From: an uncultured delta proteobacterium
GTDB taxonomy: Bacteria > Desulfobacterota > Binatia > UBA9968
Length of the DNA stretch: 64,000 nt
Assembly (NCBI GenBank): GCA_963745835.1
Contig: CAVUZH010000016.1
Location: 448,001-512,000, forward strand
Direction of reading: 5' to 3'
The notes beneath the pieces were generated by a model. That model saw nothing but the letters and a program-made list of their open reading frames with translations, was not told the DNA's origin and ran no database searches. Position numbers and translations under genes: made by a program. Positions within the stretch are counted from its first letter, which is position 1. The number at the start of each line of letters is the position of its first letter. Shown here in pieces: positions 49,435 through 60,005 of the stretch.

Positions 49435-50715
49435 ATGACTGGTTCAACGACGGAGCAGGACGCGGTTCTCAAATTAATCGATGAACAGGAGTTGGTCGAA
49501 TTGGCTGTGGCGATGGGAAATATCAAGGCGCCATCTGGCTACGAGCAACCGATGGCGGATTTCGTGCTGCGATGGCTCAAAGCAAATGGTTTTGACAACT
49601 CCTACCAGCAACTGGTTTCCGAAGGGCGCTCAAATACGATCGGCATACTGCGCGGCACGGGCCTGGGTAAGAGTTTGATCTTCAACAGCCATATGGATTC
49701 CGAACAAGGCATGCCGATGCGCATCGATGAGGAACCTCCACCTGGCCCCACCGCTTCAGTAGATCAGGATAAGAAAAGAATCTTTGGCCTGGCGGTGCAA
49801 AACGATCGCGGCCCAATGGCGGCCTTCATGATCGCCACCAAAGCCATCAAAAACAGCGGCATTGGTTTGGCAGGCGATATCCTCATGACGATGGTAGTCG
49901 GCGAGATCGGCATGGGGCCTGTGGATGAATTCCGCGGCGCGAAATTCATCGGCAAAGGTTATGGCAGCCGGCATGCAGTGACCCACGGCATCAACGGAAA
50001 TTTCGCTTTGATCGCCGAAACCACCGATTTTGGCGTCACCTGGATCGAGGCAGGCGCCGCCTATTTTAAAGTGACGGTGGACGGTAAAAGTTTTTATACA
50101 CCTAGAATACCCGAACGGGGTGAGCTCAAAGACAATCCCAATGCCCTGATCAAAATGATTGCGGTGATCGAAGCCATCGAGAAGTGGGCCGTAGAATATG
50201 AGAGAAAACACACGATCGAATATCCGGTTGGCAAAATGGTGCCCAAAGTCAGTATCGGCGCGATTCGCGCCGGCGCGCCGTACAAGCCCAGCACCACACC
50301 GAAAAGTTGCAGCATCTATGTTGACGTGCGGGTGCCGCCGCCGCTGGAGTTCAATCTGGTGGAGCGGGAACTCCGCGATGTTGTCCAATCGGTGGGACTG
50401 GGCGGAACGGTCGAATGTTTCATGGCGCGCAAAGGCTACGAAGGCAAGAATGTTGAGCCTTTGATCGATGCGATTCGCAATGCGCATTCGCTCGTGAGAG
50501 GCGCTCCACCGCCGCCCGTAAGCACGGCTGAAACCAGTATGTGGCGCGACATCAATATTTTTAACGAAGTGGGAATTCCCGCGGCGACTTTTGGTATGCC
50601 GCGCAAGAGCGCGCCGGACGCAGTTGAGCGATTCGTCGAAATAAAGGACATCGTCGATGCCGCCAAGATGTATGCACTCGTGGCGCTGGAGGTTTGCAGT
50701 GGACGGCAGAGTTGA
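49435..50715 (+). CDS. M20 (ArgE/DapE-like) metallopeptidase/amidohydrolase with atypical ligands
   Basis: FNSHMD, NDRGP, GEI and IAETT; M20 dimerisation domain. Confidence 0.8.
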   Translation: MTGSTTEQDAVLKLIDEQELVELAVAMGNIKAPSGYEQPMADFVLRWLKANGFDNSYQQLVSEGRSNTIGILRGTGLGKSLIFNSHMDSEQGMPMRIDEEPPPGPTASVDQDKKRIFGLAVQNDRGPMAAFMIATKAIKNSGIGLAGDILMTMVVGEIGMGPVDEFRGAKFIGKGYGSRHAVTHGINGNFALIAETTDFGVTWIEAGAAYFKVTVDGKSFYTPRIPERGELKDNPNALIKMIAVIEAIEKWAVEYERKHTIEYPVGKMVPKVSIGAIRAGAPYKPSTTPKSCSIYVDVRVPPPLEFNLVERELRDVVQSVGLGGTVECFMARKGYEGKNVEPLIDAIRNAHSLVRGAPPPPVSTAETSMWRDINIFNEVGIPAATFGMPRKSAPDAVERFVEIKDIVDAAKMYALVALEVCSGRQS

Positions 50716-50850
50716 CGGAAAAGAACGAAGAAGCTCGCACGATGGAGTCCGGAATCTCTTGCTCGTTCATCTCTGCGGCCGCTAGCGACGGGATACTTCG
50801 AAACACGATACGATGCGGTAAGCAGCCCGCACAGAATACAAGACAGTCAG

Positions 50851-53301
50851 TTGACAAGCCCATTCGACCATAGTAAGCCGCGACCCATGAGCGACATGAT
50901 TTCGGTTGCCGAACAAACCAACAGCAATCACTCGGTACGCGGCTACTGCGCGTTGTGCACGGCACACTGTGCCACTATCGCCACGGTGGAAAACGGCCGG
51001 GTCGTCGCTCTCGATGCCGATCACGATCACCCCAATGGCGGCGTCATATGCGTCAAAGGCAAGGCCGCCCCGGAGCTGGTTTATCATCCCGATCGACTCA
51101 ATCATCCGCTCAAGCGCACCAGGCCCAAGGGCGATGCCGATGCGGGCTGGCAGCCAGTGAGCTGGGAAGACGCCCTGGATGATATCGCAAGTCGCCTCAG
51201 CGCGATCCGTAATCAGTATGGCGCTAAGGCATTGGCGCTGGGTAAAGGGACCCGAAGCGGCACTTCAGTGGCTGATGTCGAGCGCTGGTTGGGCCGCTTT
51301 CTCTATTTGTTCGGCAGCCCCAATTGGGTATCGACAACGCATGTCTGCAACTGGCACAAAGACACCGGTTTCAGTTACACCTTCGGCAGCGGCATTCCAA
51401 CGCCGGACCTGGCGCACAGCAAAAGCTTTCTTCTATGGGGCCACAATCCAAGCTCGACGTCATTAATCCTCGCCCACGATATCGTCACTGCGCGCAGGCG
51501 CGGCATGAAAACTGTCGTGATCGATCCGCGCCGCGTCGGCATCGGCAGTCAAGCCGACATGCTGTTGCAACCGCGGCCCGGCACGGACGGCGCGCTCGCG
51601 TTGGCTTTAATCCATTGCCTTATGGAGGAGAGCTGGTACGACGCCGGCTTTGCGCGTCAATGGACCAACGGCTCCTTTCTTTTAGATACCGCCACCAACA
51701 AAGTCGTCCGCGAAGCCGACCTTGTCGCGAATGGCGCGGCGAATCGATATCTCGTATGGGATGAAATAAAAAATCAAGCCGTCATCTATGATCCGAGCAC
51801 CGGCGGCTACGAACGCGACAATATCCAGCCCGCGCTGTTCGGCCGGCGGGCATTGAAAGGAAAATCCGGCGAAGAAATCGCATGCATGCCGGTTTTTGAA
51901 AAACTCGGCGAGATCGCTTCGGCGTATGCGCCCGAACGCTCGGAAAAGATCACCTGGGTGCCGGCGAAAAACGTTTGGCGCACCGCTTTGCTACTGGCGC
52001 ACAATCGACCGGTCAGCATGTACATGTGGAACGGGCTTGGGCAGCATACCAATGCGACGCAGACCAGCCGCGCCATCGCATCGCTCTATGCGCTTCTCGG
52101 CGACTACGATCGCCAGGGAGGTAACGTTATTTTCCCTGGCTTGAAGGTCAATGATGTCGGCGGTAAGGAATTTTTACCGAAGGATATGGCCGCCATTCGC
52201 ATCGGCCGCGAGAAAAAACCGCTTGGCCCGCCGGCCAAGCCCGGCAACTGCACGGCATACGATATTTTCACAGCGATCCTCGAACAGCAGCCTTACCCGG
52301 TCAAAGCGTTTCTGAACTTCGGCTCCAACACGGTCCTCTCCACCGCGGACTCGAGGCGCGCCCGGGAGGCGATGATGGCCCTCGAACTCGGCGTCGCAGC
52401 CGATCTCTTTATGACGCCGACAGCGGAGCTTTGCGATTACGTGCTGCCGGCCACGAGTTTCCTGGAGATGGCAAGTATCACGACGAGCTTTGAACACCGC
52501 GCGGCGGGCAAGACTCACATGCAGTACCGGCCAGCGGTGGTGCAACCGCCGGGCGAGCGGCGCTCCGATACCTGGATCATTTTCGAATTGGCCAAACGGC
52601 TCGGCTTCGGCGAAAAATTCTGGGACGGTGATGTCGAAGCCGGTTACGCCTACGAGCTCGAACCCACCGGAGTGACTTTAACGCAACTCAAGCAGTCTGT
52701 CGGCGGGATCTCACTTCCAGCGCAGCCGGCCTACCAGAAATACGCTGCGACCAGCAAAGACGGCGCGGTGCGTGGTTTTGCCACACCTTCGAAGAAGGTT
52801 GAGCTTTACTGCGGGACCTTTGCCGCGCACGGCTATCCGGCGCTGCCGGAATACATCGAGCCAGCGTTGAGTCCGGTCAGTCGGCCGGACATCGCCGCGG
52901 AATATCCGCTTGTGCTGACCAACGCCAAGTTCACAACCTTCATTCATAGCCAGCAACGCGCGCTGCCGGGTTTGCGTAAAATATCGCCGCAGCCTACCGC
53001 CGATATTCATCCCGAAACGGCTGCGCTCTATGGGATTACCAACAAAGAGTGGATGATTGTCGAAAGCCCGCGTGGCGCGATCAAAGTGAAGGCGCGAGTA
53101 ACCACGAACATCGTCCCCGGCGTGATCTGTTGCCAGCACGGCTGGTGGCAGGATTGCAAAGAGCTGGAGCTGCCCGGTTATAATCCCTACAACAGCAACG
53201 GCGCCAATCCGTCCACTCTCATCGGCACGGACATCGCCGACCCTGTCAGCGGCTCACTGCCGCACCGTTCTTATCTTTGCCGCGTACGTCCGGCGGCTTA
53301 A
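50851..53301 (+). CDS. Molybdopterin (bis-MGD) oxidoreductase with a 4Fe-4S domain, acetylene hydratase-like group
   Basis: CALCTAHC...CVKG, WGHNP, PRPGTDGALAL, DYVLPA and ATPSKKVE; molybdopterin dinucleotide-binding C-terminus; no Tat signal. Confidence 0.9.
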   Translation: MTSPFDHSKPRPMSDMISVAEQTNSNHSVRGYCALCTAHCATIATVENGRVVALDADHDHPNGGVICVKGKAAPELVYHPDRLNHPLKRTRPKGDADAGWQPVSWEDALDDIASRLSAIRNQYGAKALALGKGTRSGTSVADVERWLGRFLYLFGSPNWVSTTHVCNWHKDTGFSYTFGSGIPTPDLAHSKSFLLWGHNPSSTSLILAHDIVTARRRGMKTVVIDPRRVGIGSQADMLLQPRPGTDGALALALIHCLMEESWYDAGFARQWTNGSFLLDTATNKVVREADLVANGAANRYLVWDEIKNQAVIYDPSTGGYERDNIQPALFGRRALKGKSGEEIACMPVFEKLGEIASAYAPERSEKITWVPAKNVWRTALLLAHNRPVSMYMWNGLGQHTNATQTSRAIASLYALLGDYDRQGGNVIFPGLKVNDVGGKEFLPKDMAAIRIGREKKPLGPPAKPGNCTAYDIFTAILEQQPYPVKAFLNFGSNTVLSTADSRRAREAMMALELGVAADLFMTPTAELCDYVLPATSFLEMASITTSFEHRAAGKTHMQYRPAVVQPPGERRSDTWIIFELAKRLGFGEKFWDGDVEAGYAYELEPTGVTLTQLKQSVGGISLPAQPAYQKYAATSKDGAVRGFATPSKKVELYCGTFAAHGYPALPEYIEPALSPVSRPDIAAEYPLVLTNAKFTTFIHSQQRALPGLRKISPQPTADIHPETAALYGITNKEWMIVESPRGAIKVKARVTTNIVPGVICCQHGWWQDCKELELPGYNPYNSNGANPSTLIGTDIADPVSGSLPHRSYLCRVRPAA

Positions 53302-53451
53302 GCGAAAAATATTAGCCACTGTGCACACTGAAATAAGAATCGTGTCTAGCGATGATCTCCTTCGTGAACTTTGCTTCAAGACCTCGAATGTTTCGAAACA
53401 GCAAGAAAAACTAGTATCACTGCGGCAGCGGCATTTAGGAGGGTCCTTTCA

Positions 53452-54478
53452 ATGAGCGTCATCGGGAAATACATCCAGAGGAGCGTCTTTACGCTCGTCT
53501 TTGTTCTTTTTGCTTCTTCTGCTTGGGCACAGTCAGCAAGTATGGACGAGCTTTACAAGAAAGCGCTGAAGGAAGGCGGTACATTAAATTTCTATGGGAC
53601 GTTGGCGCAGATCAGCGCTGACAAAGTTCTGCCGGTAGTTCGAAAAACGCTTCCCCGGCATCAAGATCAATCATGTGGATGCCACTTCCGACAAAATGGT
53701 TGCGCGGGCCATCGCCGAAGCGCGCGGGCGGTAAAACGATAGGCGACGTATTACAAATCAACTTGGACGATACGGTTCATGCGTACGAGCAAAAGTCTAT
53801 TAGCGGAAGTTCGCTATTCCTGAGGCCAGGAATATCCCGACGGCATGAAGGGAAGCTTCTGGATCCCGTCCGACATGGACATTTTACATTGCCGGCTGGA
53901 ACACCAACCTGGTCAAGAAAGAGGAGGAGCCAAAGGAATTCGACGACTTTGCCGACCCTAAATGGAAAAACCGATTGATTGCCGAGCCAACCGACGAGGA
54001 AGTGCTGATTGGTTTGGCCAAGTATAAGTTCAAAAGCGATGAAAAGGCAATTGCATCTGATGAAGAAAATCGCCGCCAACAATCCGGAATTTCACAAGGG
54101 TCATTCCCAGTTGGCCGAACTTCTGAGCTCCGGGCAAGCCGCAGCTTGCTTTACCTGCTTTTCACAGCACTTTCCAGCCCGAATACAAAAAGGGTGCTCC
54201 GCTGAATTATATGCTGACAGAAGGCGTTGCGTCGATTGGCGCAACGGCGGTATTCAAGAACGCGCCCCATCCAAACACGGCCCTGTTGTTCGTCCGCTGG
54301 ATATCCAGCCAGGAGGGACAAAAAATGATGGCAGATCGCTGGGCGAACCCCTGCGCACCCAAAGGTTGAGCCGGTGAACAAGACCAGGACGGAGAAAATC
54401 TACCCTATCAGCGTCGCTGACATAAAAGAGTATCCCAAGTACGAAAAAATCTGGAAAGACATATTTAAGCTGCGCTAA
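53452..54478 (+). pseudogene. ABC substrate-binding protein (Fe3+/thiamine-like class), many frameshifts
   Basis: Signal peptide, KKALKEGG.LNFY, WNTNLVK, DPKWK and APHPNTA.LF..W; no adjacent permease. Confidence 0.75.
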
Positions 54479-54594
54479 GACTTACGTCGATTTATTCGCT
54501 GGTGGCGGATCGGACGATAATAGGCGTCGAGGTAACACCACAGCGCGACCGCGCTCTTTTGAAACCGGCACAAGAGAATTTTAGGTCTCGCTAC

Positions 54595-55880
54595 TTACAA
54601 TTCATCTTGACTGCGATTGCTTCCGGGTCCGAGCTGACCTGCTTTGACCGATTCAACAATCGTTTGCTTTCTTAAGTCGATCACCACCACTTCATCGCTG
54701 CTCTCGCAGCCGACAAAGCGCATTCGTTATCCGGGCTGAAGGCCAGGTGCGCCGGCGCTGGACCGACTTGCAGCCTTGCTCGTATTTCGTGCTGGCGAGC
54801 ATCGATGATGCAGACGCTGGACTCGCCGGTGTTCGAGACCACAAGCCAATCGCCGTCCGTGCTAAACGCGAAGAAGTGCGGATAGATACCTACCGGGATA
54901 CTGGCGATGACATGATGGTTGTGACAATTCCACACCGTCAGATTATCGGATGCAAAATTGGCGACGTATCCGTAACGCCCATCCGGACTAATCACCGGAA
55001 GATGCGCCCCTCGCCCGGCCGGTATCGATAGGACGACCTCATGACTTCCGACATCGATAACCGTCACGTCATCCGATACGGTGTTCGCCACATAGGCGAA
55101 GCGGTTCTCTTGATCGAAGACGATATGCCCCGGGCCCAGACCAACTTTAATCTCGCCGGCAACGGAATAGTTCCGGCCATCGATGACCGTGACCGTATGC
55201 GAAGCCGAATTGGGCTGATAAGCCCAGCGGCTGTCCGGAGAAACCGCGATGTCGTGTGGCGCGATGCCAACCGCAACCCTTGCGCGAAGCTCGCCATCGG
55301 CGCCGAGCACTGTGACCGCCCGTTCCGGCCCGCTCGGCAAATAAACGGCGTTCCCGTTCGAAGCGACGCAGGGAAGCAGTGGACGCTTGCCCGTTGAGAC
55401 TGTCGTCAGCACTTGATCCGCGGTCGTGTCGATGATCGTCACGTCGTTCGAGCCGCTGTTAGCGACGTAAAGTCGTTTCCCGTCGCCGGACAATTCCAGA
55501 TGCGATGGATCGTCGCCGGTAGGAATGTGTTTTTTCAAACGCCGCGTCGCGCCATCGATGACCGCGACCCGATTGTCAGTCGTATTTGCATAAACACGGC
55601 CGTCGTCATGGCTCACGACTGAGTGCGCGCCTCGAAGTCCTGTGCGCGGAGTCGATCCATCGGGATCGAGGGTCAAGGTAAAACCGCCGCCCTCTTGCTC
55701 CAATCCGACCCGGTAGCCGCGCTCCAGCAGAGAGATGTACTGCCGCACGGGCAATTCATGCACCCGGGCTCGCACTAAGGCGCGTTTGCCGCGCAGAAAT
55801 ACGTGTTGCTCTTTCAAGCGAGCTACCTGCTGATCTGCGGTCAATTCGGCGAGATCAAGATGAACCGTTTGCAAAGACAT
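54595..55880 (-). CDS. YVTN-type beta-propeller with N-terminal DUF2249/TusA-like domain, frameshifted near 54715
   Basis: Eight repeats of the pattern G..P..I..S.DG...YVAN..S..V.VID. Corrected C-terminus FVGCESSDEVVVIDL. No signal peptide. Confidence 0.85.
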
Positions 55881-55904
55881 GGGAATGCTTCCTCCCTCAT
55901 CACT

Positions 55905-57227
55905 TCATGAGTTTGCTTGTTCGGGGATTTTCTTCATCGGCGGCCGCAACATCAGGCTGAGAAACGCCGATGTAATCAGTGCCGCGCCGAAAAGCATGAA
56001 AGAAAGATCGTAGGCGCCGGTGAGATCGAACAGGAACCCGAAGAAAGGCGGACCCAAAGCGGCCACAGTCTGTGAAATGAGCAGACCCAGGCCGCGAACT
56101 TTTCCGAGTGAACGACGGCCAAAGTAGTCTGCCCAGAGAATATCGGGAAGAACCATGTTGCCTCCCAAGCCAATGCCGTAAAGAAGAAATCCGGCATAGA
56201 GGCAGAAGAGATTGTCGGTCATGACCGCCAGTCCGAGACCGATCCCCTGTACAATGAACCGCAATGTGGCCGCAAAGCGCGTGTCGATTCGTTCGGCGAG
56301 AATCCCCCAGGCTATCGGCGAGGCAAGCTGCATCGATGCGATCACGCTCATCACAGTGGCGGCGACAACCGGCGGATGACCCAAATCATTTACGTACGGG
56401 AACACGTGCAGATTCAAGCCCGTCACTCCGATGCTGGAAATCCCGAAGGTAACCACGAGCAGCCAAAACGCCTGAGTGTGTAGCGCTTCATTTCGTGTCC
56501 ATTCGACATCGTCGCGGAGCGCTTGGGATGTGATCGAAGGAGTCTTGGCTGTGTGGGTGACCGGCTCATCTTTCGGAGCCGCTGACAAAGCACCGTCGGG
56601 ATTGAGCCCCATGTCTTCCGGCGAACGGCGCACGATCAGCAGGGCCGGTCCGACTACCAGAACCAACGTGACAATCCCGAATACCAGCCAAGTCTGGCGC
56701 CATCCAAGCCAAACGATCAATGATGCCGCCAGCACAGGCATGCCCACCTTGGCAAAACCGATACCCATGCTGGTAAGCGCCAGCGCCCGGCCGCGCTTGC
56801 GCAAAAACCAATGGGCAATCGCCAGATTGATTACGATATAGCCCATGAACGAATCGCCTATGGTGATGAGACTCAAGCGCACGATGCTAAACTGGACAAA
56901 ATTATCGACGTGGCTGAGCACAATGTAGCCGAGGCTGGCGATGATCGCGCCTAAGACCATCAGCCAGCGACCGCCATAACGATCCATCAACGTGCCGATC
57001 ACCGGCGCCAGAAATGCCGCAATCAGCCCTTCGCCCGAACGGAGCAAAGAGAAAACGCCGCGCGAGACGCCCAGATCGGCAGTCAAAGGTTTCAGAAACA
57101 CGCTCATGGTGCTGGCGAGAGAAAAAGCCGAGGCAACGTTGGCGAGAAAACCGACGCCGACGATGTACCAACCGTAGAAGAACTTCTGTTTGGCTGCGGG
57201 ATGCGCCTGCTCGATGGTCGATTCCAC
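55905..57227 (-). CDS. MFS transporter (MCT/OFA-like)
   Basis: FFYGWYIV, GTLMDRYGGR, HWFLRKRGRAL, PEDMGLNPDG and DYFGRRSLG. Confidence 0.9.
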   Translation of the reverse strand: MESTIEQAHPAAKQKFFYGWYIVGVGFLANVASAFSLASTMSVFLKPLTADLGVSRGVFSLLRSGEGLIAAFLAPVIGTLMDRYGGRWLMVLGAIIASLGYIVLSHVDNFVQFSIVRLSLITIGDSFMGYIVINLAIAHWFLRKRGRALALTSMGIGFAKVGMPVLAASLIVWLGWRQTWLVFGIVTLVLVVGPALLIVRRSPEDMGLNPDGALSAAPKDEPVTHTAKTPSITSQALRDDVEWTRNEALHTQAFWLLVVTFGISSIGVTGLNLHVFPYVNDLGHPPVVAATVMSVIASMQLASPIAWGILAERIDTRFAATLRFIVQGIGLGLAVMTDNLFCLYAGFLLYGIGLGGNMVLPDILWADYFGRRSLGKVRGLGLLISQTVAALGPPFFGFLFDLTGAYDLSFMLFGAALITSAFLSLMLRPPMKKIPEQANS

Positions 57228-57469
57228 ATCTAGCCTTTAACAGGAATCAAACTGGACATCCAATTAACAACTGATTTGTTAAATTTGCAAGCAAGCGCGG
57301 CGTAAACTTTGCTCGGTAGGTTACTCAACGCAAACCTAAAAAGATCAGGAACCGCAATGCCATTGGCTATCAGGCTCGCCGGAGATTGTCGCAGCAGGGC
57401 GAGTGACTGCTGGCGGCGCTCCCGTTTATGCGATAGCCTCGTTTAAGATCTGTAAAGGACCGATCTCAC

Positions 57470-58183
57470 ATGAATCTATCAATACTTATAATAAGTCTCC
57501 TTCTGCTGGGATCGAGCGTCCACGCGCAAGAAAATACCGGCATCAGACCGCCGTCAGTCACCGCCCAAGGCGAAGCAGTCATCACCGCGGAGCCAGACCA
57601 GGCGCAAATCGACATCGGGGTCCTCACCCAGGCGCGCAATGCCCCGGATGCAGCCAAAGAAAACGCCGAGAAGCTTAGCCGTGTGCTGGCGCAGATCAAG
57701 AAGATCCTCGGCAAAGGCGACGAGGTTAAAACGACCGGATATTCGTTAAATCCCAATTACCGTTATCCCCAAGGTGGCAAGCCGGAAATAACCGGCTACA
57801 CAGCCGCTAATGTTTTGCAGATCAGAACGGGGAATTTGGCAGAGGTCGGCAAGCTAATCGACGCAGGCATGCAATCCGGCGCCAATCAGATCAACCGCCT
57901 TGTTTTCACATTGAAAGATGATCATTCAGCGCAAGTTCAGGCGCTGCGCATGGCAGCGCAGAAGGCGCAATCGAAGGCGGAAGAAATGGCCGGTTCCCTA
58001 GGGTTAAAAGTCGTTAGGGTCCTTTCTCTGACGGAAAATGAACGAGGAGTTCGCCCGATTATAGCGCAGACACGCGGCATGCAAGCGGAAGCACTTTCGT
58101 CCGCCGCACCGACACCGGTCGAGGCCGGCACCATTGAGGTGCGCTCGTCAGTGATCCTGAGCGCCGAGATCGGTCCGCGCTAA
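57470..58183 (+). CDS. SIMPL (DUF541/YggE) periplasmic protein
   Basis: Signal peptide, VTAQGEA...EPDQA, YSLNPNY, ITGY and GANQI. Confidence 0.9.
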   Translation: MNLSILIISLLLLGSSVHAQENTGIRPPSVTAQGEAVITAEPDQAQIDIGVLTQARNAPDAAKENAEKLSRVLAQIKKILGKGDEVKTTGYSLNPNYRYPQGGKPEITGYTAANVLQIRTGNLAEVGKLIDAGMQSGANQINRLVFTLKDDHSAQVQALRMAAQKAQSKAEEMAGSLGLKVVRVLSLTENERGVRPIIAQTRGMQAEALSSAAPTPVEAGTIEVRSSVILSAEIGPR

Positions 58184-58222
58184 GCGCTGACATTTTCCGC
58201 AACAGCAGCACTCAGTCTTTCC

Positions 58223-58310
58223 CTGAAACGGTTTGAACGTTTTGAATGACTTGAACTGCTTAAACCTCTTTGCCTCAGCTCTGATTTTGAACCGTGGAAC
58301 GGTTGAACGA
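58223..58310. repeat. Short tandem TTGAAC-type repeats with 8-9 nt period
   Basis: GGTTTGAAC GTTTTGAAT GACTTGAAC TGCTTAAAC ... TTTTGAACC GTGGAACG GTTGAACG, between convergent genes. Confidence 0.65.
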
Positions 58311-58314
58311 TTGC

Positions 58315-59778
58315 CTATCGAAACTCCGGCCTATCTTTTAAATAATGCTCACGCATCTTCGGCCGGTACCGTTCCATCAAATCTCGATTCAAATCCAGCG
58401 GCGGTTTTTGGTCCGGCGGCAGTAAAGGTCGATACTCGACGTCGCCGATTTCTTGCTTGAAGGTTTCCTTGGCTTTGACAACAATTTGCGGATCCAGCAA
58501 CAAATCGATGGCCGATGCCGCCATAGCCTTAGCTCCGGCCACCGCGCCTTTGTGCGCGATCGACGTCGCCAGAGACACGCCGGCGGACCAGTGATGGTAC
58601 GACACGCCGGGGATATTCGAGGGAAAGCTGATCAGCCCCGTCGGCACCACCCACGAGACCTCGCCCGAATCGTTGGCCGAAACCGATTGCACACATTCTT
58701 TGAGCGGCGCAACCTTGGTGGGCATGCCAGTTGGCTTTGCCTTTACTTTGGTCTGAACCTCATGGACTAACTTCTGCTCGCCGTCTGTCCACTGCGGCAT
58801 GCCGATCTCTTCTATGTTTCGTTGAATTACCTCCGCAAGCGTTCGATTGGCCCGGGTCGGCCAGACCGCGCTGAGGACGTTCACATCGTAGGAGGTCTCG
58901 GTCATCATCGCCGCGCCTTGGGCAACACGCTTGGCTTTTTCAAACAGCGCGCGGGTCTTCTCAGCCGTGGCTTCACGGAAAAACCACCAGATCGTCGATC
59001 GATTGGGAATGACATTGGGCTGATCGCCGCCGTTGGTGATCACCCGATGGCTGCGCTGAGTCGGCTCCAAATGCTCTCGCAGCTTATCCCAGCCGATATC
59101 CATCAGCACCGCCGCATCCAAAGCATCGCGGGCGTTCCACGGCGCCGTGGCGGCATGGGCGCTCTGTCCTTTGAAAGTGAACTCAGCGGAAATGAGCGCA
59201 TACTGTCGCAAGCCGTAAACGGTGCCAAGCTCTTTGCCGATATGATCATGCAGCGCCACATCGACATCTTTGAAATAGCCATCGCGGACAAAATACGGCC
59301 GGCTGACCAGTTGCTCTTCCGCGGGGGCCCCGAAAACTTTCAGTGTGCCTTTGAGGCCGAACTCATCGATGGTCTTTTTGATCGCCAACGCCGCGCCGAT
59401 CATCACCGCGCCATTGACGTTGTGTCCCTCGGTATGGCCCGGCGCGCCATCGACAATCGGCGTCGGCTCCGCCACACCGGGCGCCTGGGAGCACCCCGGA
59501 GTCGCATCGAATTCCGTGTGCAGCGCAATCACCGGTTTGCCAGACCCGTAACTGGCTATGAACCCCGTCGGCATTCCGGATGGATTGCGCTCGATGGTGA
59601 ATCCGGCTTTCTCGAGGATCTGCATCATCAATCCGGAGGTCTCGAACTCCTGCATGCCGAGCTCGGCAAAGTAAAAGATGTTGTCGCACAAGAGCGCAAT
59701 CGGTTCACTGTTGCGCTCGATGTTTTCCACGGCAAACTTCTTTGCTCGACCACCTTCCATAATCGGTCTCCTATCCAA
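58315..59778 (-). CDS. M20D amidohydrolase, AbgB (p-aminobenzoyl-glutamate hydrolase B)-like
   Basis: AELGMQEFET, GMPTGF, EFDATPG, GHTEGHN, PAEE, RDALDA, GGDQPNVIP and HKG. Confidence 0.88.
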   Translation of the reverse strand: MDRRPIMEGGRAKKFAVENIERNSEPIALLCDNIFYFAELGMQEFETSGLMMQILEKAGFTIERNPSGMPTGFIASYGSGKPVIALHTEFDATPGCSQAPGVAEPTPIVDGAPGHTEGHNVNGAVMIGAALAIKKTIDEFGLKGTLKVFGAPAEEQLVSRPYFVRDGYFKDVDVALHDHIGKELGTVYGLRQYALISAEFTFKGQSAHAATAPWNARDALDAAVLMDIGWDKLREHLEPTQRSHRVITNGGDQPNVIPNRSTIWWFFREATAEKTRALFEKAKRVAQGAAMMTETSYDVNVLSAVWPTRANRTLAEVIQRNIEEIGMPQWTDGEQKLVHEVQTKVKAKPTGMPTKVAPLKECVQSVSANDSGEVSWVVPTGLISFPSNIPGVSYHHWSAGVSLATSIAHKGAVAGAKAMAASAIDLLLDPQIVVKAKETFKQEIGDVEYRPLLPPDQKPPLDLNRDLMERYRPKMREHYLKDRPEFR

Positions 59779-60005
59779 TAAACGTGCTCTATTTCGATGG
59801 ATATCACGGAGCGTGCAACAAGTTAAAGTCGACCCTTACTCTACTCGAGTATCTCGACCATTTCGCCGCGTCACACAATCAAACCGGTTACATGATGCCG
59901 ACGAGCGTCACAGGGCTAGCTAAACGGCTTAGAGGAGTTAGAATTTGTAATATCACTACGCTCAAGGCGCACTAAACCTACCATTTTACTATCGAAGTAG
60001 AATCA

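Noticed and set aside
58223-58310. Possible CRISPR array
   Set aside because: Units are 8-9 nt with no unique spacers; no cas operon
58822-59781. Long antisense ORFs (e.g. 58822-59781, 2111-2827, 16933-17685, 49756-50487)
   Set aside because: Shadow frames opposite well-supported genes in GC-rich DNA, with no motifs of their own
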